From a virus (taxonomy: Duplodnaviria > Caudoviricetes): DNA of 61,797 bases. Positions within the stretch are counted from its first letter, which is position 1. Every line of letters starts with the position of its first letter. The notes beneath the pieces were generated by a model that was not told the DNA's origin, did no database searches, and saw nothing but the letters and a program-made list of their open reading frames with translations. Below, in pieces: positions 56,201 to 61,797 of the stretch. The stretch lies in IMG/VR virus record IMGVR_UViG_3300044627_004557, positions 1 to 61,797 of that record. One strand, 5' to 3'. A program made the translations under genes and the position numbers.

Positions 56201-59200
56201 CTCAGGGAAACGGGAACGGCACCCGAAGCTGCCGGAGTTCAACCTCAAACCGAACAAGATGTACGGCAAGAAACCAATGTCACCCAAGAAAGAGGTGATG
56301 AAGGAGAAACCCCTCCCCGCCTTCCTCAAGAAGAAGGGCGCCAAGAAGGGCAAGTAACTCCGGCGGTAGAGGGAGGAGCTCAGGCTCCTCCTACCGCAAA
56401 AAAGCCAGTTCAAGAAAAGCCAACAACTCAGCCGGACGTATTAAAAGACGTGGAGAGTACGGCTAAGGCTTTGGAAGCGGCAAAAGAGGATGATACTGTA
56501 ACTTTTGTTGACGAAATTGTCAATGGAGAAGAGGGATATAGGGCGGTTAGTAAAATTCTTGACATAATAAATTTAGCACAACGCGGAGACAAAAGAGGCA
56601 ATATATCTATCCCATCAGCTATACCATTTCTGCCCAAAACAATAAAGTCCGTTCATTTGGCTAGGAACGAAAATGACAAAAGAAGTATACTTAAAAACGG
56701 GTTTGATGAGAAACAGTCATCAATAGACTCTCCAATTCCTGGTGTTTACTTCAGTAGCGATGATTGGAGCGCTAATGATAGATTTGGACGAGAAAAAAAA
56801 CATGCGCTATATGTTTCAATAAAAAACGAGGGGCTTGTTTATTTTGACGACGTTGCCTCTTTTGCTGACTATCTGGAAAAAAACAATTTGCCAAATAGGG
56901 GACAAACACTTACTCAAGAGCAATTAAATAAATTAAAATCGAAAGGTGTAAAGGGGATATTGTTAAGAGAAGATTTTGCTAGTGACACAAGGAACGAACT
57001 GATAGTCATAGATAGCTCTATTATAGAAAACATATCTGATAATGAAATCCCAATAACGGAACTTCCAAGCTCTTTTAGTGATTCAAGTAAAATGGCCGAA
57101 GCCTACCACAAAGCCAAGAAAGACGGATCAAACCCCGAATTGGTCAAAGCAGTAGAAGACTTGTTGGCCGGAGAACAACAGCAAGAAAAAGCAGAAAAGC
57201 CAACAACTCAGCCGGATACGCAGGCAAAAAGCGTAAAATCTTCCGCTCAAAAAGCGGCAAAGTCTTTATCTAATTGGGTTAAAGGAGGCGAAAGCAGAGG
57301 GCTCGGTATAGCAAATCTGCCTGAGCAGGATGCAGAAAGATTTAAAAAGTTTACCGAAGATGTTGGAGAACTAATTTCTGCATTAATCAATAACGGAGTC
57401 ACGAGGGCTAGCACGGCTCTAGGAATGATTAAGCCGTACTTTGCAGAAAACGGACCGCAATTTTCTAAGTACGCGAGTAGGTTTTTCAAAGACGAATTCA
57501 ACTTGGCCATAATAGATAGGTATCCTGATTTGTATAAAAAGGCTCAAGGACTTGAAAAGAAACTTGAGAAAGCTTTGACTCAAAAGGAAAAACTATTAGC
57601 CAAAGATGTTGAAGAAGCTAGGAATAGCATCATTGAAAAAATAAAACTTAGGCTAAATCCATCCAGTTGGTCAAAAGCAAAATCGGGTATATTGGCAAAG
57701 GCAAAACTCACGAATGAGTCAATATCTGAGTTGAAGCTTTATTCTGAAATCTTTAATGACGAAAGCCTAAGCCAAATGGATGGCAAGGAATTAAAGGCAC
57801 TATACAACGAGATAAACTCAATATTTAAGTCTGGTGCTAGATCTCAGTCTGCTACAAACAAGATATTGAGTAACCACAATAAGTCCTTAAAGGAACGATC
57901 AATAATAGCTATATCAAATTCTTTGGGGACATCGGAAAAGGTCAATGATTACAAGTCGGCCGAAGAGAAGTCAAAAAGGCCGGGTGTTGCCTTTTATATT
58001 ATTGATAACGAAAGCGGACAGATTCAAGAGGTAGATAGGAAAAACATATCTGAATGGAAAGACTTTTTTGAAAGCAATTCGTACTCCGTAATCGCTATAG
58101 ACACAAATCGGAATACCTTGCGAAACAAAAGTCTTTTAGGGAGACTTGGAAAATTTACAAGTAAACTGAAGTTTGATCATCTTTTTGACACAAGGAATAT
58201 AGTTGCCGTATTTTCCAACAACGATGAATCTTACGATTTCTTTGAGAAGAACTTTATTGACTTGATTTGGAAAGCCGATTTCAGCAGAGATGAATTAAAG
58301 CAACAAATCGGCAGATTTGATAAAATATCCGAAAAACTAAAGAATGCCGGCTTTAACATTGATATTTCCAAAAAGGTAAAGTCAATTGTCCTAAGGATAG
58401 GAGATGTGTATGCAGAAGGAACGAACGAAGATGGGCTGACTATTGGGCAAATAATAGACACATTCATGATGCTTAGGGATCCGGATGCTATAGTTAGGGC
58501 AGGTGGAGAAGGGCTCGTCAACTACAACAAGGAAGATATAGATAGCATCATTGACTATGTGTTAAATGATGAAGGATTAATGAGGGCCGTAAGCGAGATC
58601 ACTCAAGCATACCAAGATTTTCTAAATGAACAGATATTGCCTACCTTAACAAATTACGGATATAGCACGATTTCATTTGATCCTAAGCAGTACAACAAAA
58701 ACTCTTCTTTCTCAAAGAATCCGGATGAAAACGCAAGGGCTATAGAAATCCTTAATAAGGTTTATTCAAACAACATACCTCAGTCTATACCGTATTCTCC
58801 GCTGTCAATAGTCGGCGATGATGCAATGATTGATGAGTCTATTGATGTTCTTAGCTCACCAAATAAGGACGGGGTGATGTCGGTAATGTCAAACAATGTT
58901 ATCTCAAGGGGAGATGGAGGGCAAATTGTTTTCTCAAATGTGGCGTACAAGTATAACAACTACATGGATGGAATGATCGATATGGTCACCAGAATGCCCC
59001 TGTTGAATAATGCTAAGGCTATGTTTGGCAAAGAGCAGATGACATTGATAAAAAACAAATATGGAGAAGCCGGCGCCGATTCAATAAAGTCAAATGTACA
59101 AAGAGTCGTCACAAATAAGAGTTCAAAGATAGAAGCAAAGATTATTGGTGAAGGAGTTGCTAATTGGGTGAACAGATCCGTATTAGGTCAGATGTGGTTT

Positions 59201-60823
59201 AACACAAGGGCCGCTCTTTTCCAACCTATTGCCGCGCTGAATTTTGCTCCATTAGCTCCAAGTATTGGCAAATATCTCAGTTCAGTTAAATCAATGAATT
59301 GGATTTCTACGACAAAAGAAATCCAAAGTATGTCGTGGGTCAAGGAGAGATTCGGAGGTAGAATATTCAGCATTGACGCAAGAGAACTAGAGAGAAGGAC
59401 GAAAGATGGGCAAATTGACATTTTCTCATTAGTTGACAAAATGCTCAAAATAGGATACACTCCAACGGCGGTTTTTGACTTTTTGTCAATTGTTATCGGT
59501 GGAGGACCTCTTTATGATTCTATTAAGAACGAAAGGTATAAGGAATACATAAAGACGATGGATGAAAGCAGCGCAAGAATAGCAGCTCAAAATGATGCCA
59601 GCTTTGAACTTTATAAGGCAACAAACGCGTCGCAACAATCAGGAAATAACATGCTGATCAGTAATGCTCAAAGAAATCCGCTTTTAAGACTTCTTATGAG
59701 CTACCAGACGGCTAGCCAACAGATGATGAGAGGTGCAATCCTTTCTGCACAATTGTTATCAAAAGGCATAGGGGATCCCGCAAGACATGCTTACATTATG
59801 CTGCAATTTGGGCTCATAAGTACGGCCCTATTCACGCTTGTTTCAAGAACTCCCGAGTTGGTTTATGGGGCACTTGGCTTTGGCGATGACGATGAAGACA
59901 AAGACTTAAAGAAATCAAAAAGACAAAAAGAGTCAGAGTCAAAGTATTACACGGAGTTGTTGAGCGGGTTTTTCTCAGGATTTGGCGTCCCAGGGAACCT
60001 GATGTTTGCTGTTGGAATAAAACCATTTATCACGGACTCGTTTGATCAAGAGAAATACGATGAAGTATCAGCTATGGAGAAATTTAATATGGCTGTTGAA
60101 AAATTATCTGATTACATATCCGCAGGCGCTCCCGGTCTTTCAATAAAGTTTCGTCAGTTTGGGGATTCCGCTGAGTCATTTGATGAAGGCGAAATATTGC
60201 GAGGAATTGCTAATGCTGGATCGGCATTGGCAGGCATACCATTAGCTAGACTCTTTGAGATTTTTGACCAATTTGCAGAAGCGGCCACAAGGGATTACAA
60301 TGCTATGGAAAGAATGCTTAGGGCTACAGACATATTCAACAAGTCTTGGTCGGAGAAGCACTACCAGGAGCAGGTACTGAAGGGCAAAATTGAGCCTAAA
60401 ACAAAAATTGAAAAAAATGAAATCCAAAAGTCAAACATAGAAGAGTTAAACTCTATGATGAAAGACTTGGGTTTTAGGGCCGCTAGACAGACCGGTGCCG
60501 AAAGAGACAAATCTTTAGACAAGGTTAAGCGATACACCGATTATGCAGCTAGAGAATACTCTATGACTCAAGATCAGTATGAAGGTTTAGTAAAGAACTT
60601 TAATAAGGGATATTTTACAGGCCAGGTACCCGATGAGTTCTTGGATTTCGCTAGGCTATCAAGTGAGTCAAAAGTAAAAGCTATAGCCAAAAAGATAAAC
60701 TCCATTGATGGCCTTAAAGAAAGATCTAATTATATTATTAGGCTAGACAGCGCAAATGTCGGAAACGACATTCTTTCTGAGTCAGAAATAGAAAAAGTAA
60801 GAAATCTCTTGGATGACAAATGA
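53249..60823 (+). CDS. Giant ejection/polyvalent protein (2524 aa) with internal ART-like domain
   Basis: Size and position; hydrophobic Gly/Ala segments; internal H..GF..GVYFS..KGVKGI..ELIV block; no DxDGD RNAP motif seen. Confidence 0.75.
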   Translation: MPKIKYKELAAALRQDFGNDVANLDDLTLAQNWVNDNPDKADLIEFNVESPPTKRTGNLMEDLKSAPPLPRTKVAFQRERGGVEVPFIPQQFGFQGGEMVQPARPEIDESSLESPFVQVDSEPVIGRGTEILPTKFSNTIEGRNILDFTAGKKDPKSIEDYYKNIAKEGAVGSESDFGEEMRLANTIRVSEAFAADDYNENYPDAPLSFDGIKASLSNPEFANERNAAIDNINSTISKANWYGAMDLQDEYNQYAELANQLQADFDAKFGDFERSYAGYEQSVKKYGIPEAQGRLVEINERVLQQAKELDETNFFGKASLAASRFISGGGYLLSDFAGALGATDIADKMKSSLMDSQLATKDPRLALFKAPYDPKTGQFVEGGLLSANTLGFVFEQGLNMIPSIVAAATPYGRLGQLAVGAIGTAALTYDEYSAEIDQAALQAGAKIDPQTRAILSAVGAAKTGLIENAIPINRFFKNGMSKAFSENAVKALASGKSLDFAIKAGTQGIKAFGLTSGVEVAEELLDQGVQESINASITNQFPELKGQPQFEEKSLEDYAGIAVNTLVAVAPLGGVGFAYSGSRLKEDLFHNVARNNKVEVTLNLFEQNKDKFKDSQYKKNVDRLSLIGNIYSQIPEDIDDVSARKIADKMLEIESINSKMDKNTPQAIRERNTAKIDKINQEISSIFSEAEMSRPAVTEAPEEAFPTIELQIPESDQNVLNAVSERIEPIIAPLAQRMTNAEEIDMAEIEAVAEQMIDEQSRILESESLSETERQNLSDLIESQIDNLLNYEFATTTITEQAGQGIEVKGVVRAAKPGLPQKISAERFHGATITDPKTGEKRIVVLRRVPITQSRSGLVYQLAPKSFSGKLLSSPESQQVVSEEESKSTPFSNMEYVSSVFDDAGRFMGVILRDANTGEEIQLDNAFAPGAKSTQGETMGWNDLALDIAIAESQRQIGTVPEGAFIRTIQRVVPVEQVKKIFPNLRETGTAPEAAGVQPQTEQDVRQETNVTQERGDEGETPPRLPQEEGRQEGQVTPAVEGGAQAPPTAKKPVQEKPTTQPDVLKDVESTAKALEAAKEDDTVTFVDEIVNGEEGYRAVSKILDIINLAQRGDKRGNISIPSAIPFLPKTIKSVHLARNENDKRSILKNGFDEKQSSIDSPIPGVYFSSDDWSANDRFGREKKHALYVSIKNEGLVYFDDVASFADYLEKNNLPNRGQTLTQEQLNKLKSKGVKGILLREDFASDTRNELIVIDSSIIENISDNEIPITELPSSFSDSSKMAEAYHKAKKDGSNPELVKAVEDLLAGEQQQEKAEKPTTQPDTQAKSVKSSAQKAAKSLSNWVKGGESRGLGIANLPEQDAERFKKFTEDVGELISALINNGVTRASTALGMIKPYFAENGPQFSKYASRFFKDEFNLAIIDRYPDLYKKAQGLEKKLEKALTQKEKLLAKDVEEARNSIIEKIKLRLNPSSWSKAKSGILAKAKLTNESISELKLYSEIFNDESLSQMDGKELKALYNEINSIFKSGARSQSATNKILSNHNKSLKERSIIAISNSLGTSEKVNDYKSAEEKSKRPGVAFYIIDNESGQIQEVDRKNISEWKDFFESNSYSVIAIDTNRNTLRNKSLLGRLGKFTSKLKFDHLFDTRNIVAVFSNNDESYDFFEKNFIDLIWKADFSRDELKQQIGRFDKISEKLKNAGFNIDISKKVKSIVLRIGDVYAEGTNEDGLTIGQIIDTFMMLRDPDAIVRAGGEGLVNYNKEDIDSIIDYVLNDEGLMRAVSEITQAYQDFLNEQILPTLTNYGYSTISFDPKQYNKNSSFSKNPDENARAIEILNKVYSNNIPQSIPYSPLSIVGDDAMIDESIDVLSSPNKDGVMSVMSNNVISRGDGGQIVFSNVAYKYNNYMDGMIDMVTRMPLLNNAKAMFGKEQMTLIKNKYGEAGADSIKSNVQRVVTNKSSKIEAKIIGEGVANWVNRSVLGQMWFNTRAALFQPIAALNFAPLAPSIGKYLSSVKSMNWISTTKEIQSMSWVKERFGGRIFSIDARELERRTKDGQIDIFSLVDKMLKIGYTPTAVFDFLSIVIGGGPLYDSIKNERYKEYIKTMDESSARIAAQNDASFELYKATNASQQSGNNMLISNAQRNPLLRLLMSYQTASQQMMRGAILSAQLLSKGIGDPARHAYIMLQFGLISTALFTLVSRTPELVYGALGFGDDDEDKDLKKSKRQKESESKYYTELLSGFFSGFGVPGNLMFAVGIKPFITDSFDQEKYDEVSAMEKFNMAVEKLSDYISAGAPGLSIKFRQFGDSAESFDEGEILRGIANAGSALAGIPLARLFEIFDQFAEAATRDYNAMERMLRATDIFNKSWSEKHYQEQVLKGKIEPKTKIEKNEIQKSNIEELNSMMKDLGFRAARQTGAERDKSLDKVKRYTDYAAREYSMTQDQYEGLVKNFNKGYFTGQVPDEFLDFARLSSESKVKAIAKKINSIDGLKERSNYIIRLDSANVGNDILSESEIEKVRNLLDDK
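56413..57216 (+). repeat. 24-bp exact direct repeats bounding a 780-bp in-frame cassette
   Basis: agaaaagccaacaactcagccgga at 56413-56436 and 57193-57216. Confidence 0.9.
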
Positions 60824-61094
60824 TGATCCAATTGAACTGAGTTCTTTCAAGTACTGCGTTCTTAGAAGCAACAGCCGATTGAGGCAACTAATCAAGTTAC
60901 AAATAAAGAGAAAGCAATCCTCTTTGTTAAAAGTATGCTCTGAAAACGAACTTGATTACCAAAGGATACAAAAGTACATGAGCACACCCTATTTTGAAAA
61001 AGGCAACAAGAATTATGCGTCACAAAAAGACGTAATGGCATTAGCCCACGTCTTGGGGATACAGGTAGATCTATCCTTTAAGGTCTTGAAATAG
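60813..61094 (+). CDS. Small putative XRE-like HTH protein
   Basis: SLLKVCSENELDYQRIQKYM..DVMALAHVLGIQV. Confidence 0.5.
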   Translation: MTNDDPIELSSFKYCVLRSNSRLRQLIKLQIKRKQSSLLKVCSENELDYQRIQKYMSTPYFEKGNKNYASQKDVMALAHVLGIQVDLSFKVLK

Positions 61095-61695
61095 CAAGAA
61101 CTCCTGCGGTAAAGCCAAGAACTCCTACAAGCACGGGGTGCTCGTACCATTTTCTTTTGGGTTGCACAACGGAGAATCCGGATATCTTAGTCACAACTCC
61201 GCATCCGTCCACCTTGGCGGATGCAATGATTAAATCTCCATCGCGATGCTGAATCAGCTGAAGGCTTAATGGCGCCATCTTGTAGGCGATGCTATCCCCT
61301 TCCACCGACAGGGCCAAACAAGAGTCCTGGTAGGTGAACGAATCACGAATCGTATCCCTTTGGGTAATCACCGATCGGACCGTGTCATGGACCACCATAA
61401 CATCAACAAACGCTAGAGCGTCAGAGAGCCTCTTAGAGAGCTTCTTTATCTCCGCCTTACCCTTGACATTGCTTGCCTTGAGTTCGTTGATTGTGAGGCT
61501 CCGTAGAGCGTTCTGGGCGTACACCTCGTCCCCAATCTTCTTGTAGTGTACTACGCTGTCCTGGATGGCTTCAATAAAGGCTTCTTTTTCCTTTCTCCTT
61601 TCCCTCTCCTGCATACAGGTCTGAAGGCTAAAAAGGATTACGACAATCCACAGTGCGTGGACCAGGTAGTGTTTGGCGTTTTCGTCTATGGTCAT
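61078..61695 (-). CDS. Spanin-like membrane protein
   Basis: N-terminal TM, coiled coil, HDTV..RDTIRD and C-terminal KRKWYEHPVLVGVLGFTAGV; lysis-side orientation. Confidence 0.5.
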   Translation of the reverse strand: MTIDENAKHYLVHALWIVVILFSLQTCMQERERRKEKEAFIEAIQDSVVHYKKIGDEVYAQNALRSLTINELKASNVKGKAEIKKLSKRLSDALAFVDVMVVHDTVRSVITQRDTIRDSFTYQDSCLALSVEGDSIAYKMAPLSLQLIQHRDGDLIIASAKVDGCGVVTKISGFSVVQPKRKWYEHPVLVGVLGFTAGVLAISRP

Positions 61696-61796
61696 TTCTT
61701 TCTTGCTGCGGAATATGCGATAGCAGCGATTTGTTTTTCGCTTCGTTTCTTGTTAGCAGGCTTCTCCCGGTTAGCCCGGGTCAGTTCCTGGATGTT
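61692..61796 (-). CDS. 3' part of a small basic phage protein (truncated by window edge)
   Basis: ...NIQELTRANREKPANKKRSEKQIAAIAYSAARKK*; its stop overlaps the ATG at 61695. Confidence 0.55.
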   Translation of the reverse strand, partial: NIQELTRANREKPANKKRSEKQIAAIAYSAARKK

Positions 61797-61797
61797 T

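Noticed and set aside
34073-60427. Many minus-strand ORFs of 60-200 aa within the structural operon (and plus-strand ORFs within the left arm)
   Set aside because: They are shadow ORFs fully overlapping well-supported genes, with no motifs or promoters.
53249-60823. Virion RNA polymerase or tape-measure protein
   Set aside because: No catalytic DxDxD context was seen, and the neighbouring genes indicate a short tail with no tube/sheath/chaperone genes.
1-61797. Stop-codon reassignment as in some crAss-like phages
   Set aside because: Long genes are intact in the standard code, and TAA, TAG and TGA all end genes at sensible boundaries.

Overview
This window is a near-complete genome of a tailed dsDNA phage. 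It is podovirus-like, with a crAss-like/Cellulophaga-podovirus order of virion genes. The host is very probably Bacteroidota, judged from TTTG-N19-TAnnTTTG promoters and A/C-rich leaders without Shine-Dalgarno sequences. Left arm (minus strand): 1-5645 holds the GH19 endolysin, a holin-like gene and three paralogous spike/fibre genes. 5.8-21.4 kb holds a glycosyltransferase, AEP primase-helicase, phosphoesterase, SSB, ECF sigma factor, Rad52/Sak-like annealase, methyltransferases, exonuclease, MazG, a DnaA-domain-IV protein and a resolvase. 21.4-31.4 kb is small early genes. A 1.6-kb AT-rich non-coding switch region follows. Right arm (plus strand): RepL-like gene, terminase, portal, scaffold, major capsid, tail proteins and four probable ejection proteins, the last of 2524 aa. 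I saw no integrase, DNA polymerase, virion RNA polymerase motif, CRISPR array or complete tRNA. The strongest unexplained signals are: (i) a ~2.3-kb field saturated with TGTTA/TGTTATAACA motifs that runs into the first early gene; (ii) an in-frame 780-bp ADP-ribosyltransferase-like cassette bounded by exact 24-bp direct repeats inside the giant ejection protein; (iii) a (G)AAC-N17/18-GTTA promoter class before late operons, matching the phage's own ECF sigma; (iv) a mini-gene cassette array with shared 5' and 3' flanks; (v) a nested alternative-frame (EcoHK31I-beta-like) subunit in the C5 methyltransferase; (vi) a six-copy near-palindromic operator; (vii) [ST]G[ST] enrichment in outer virion proteins next to a glycosyltransferase. 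All family calls come from motif recognition by eye, not database searches.
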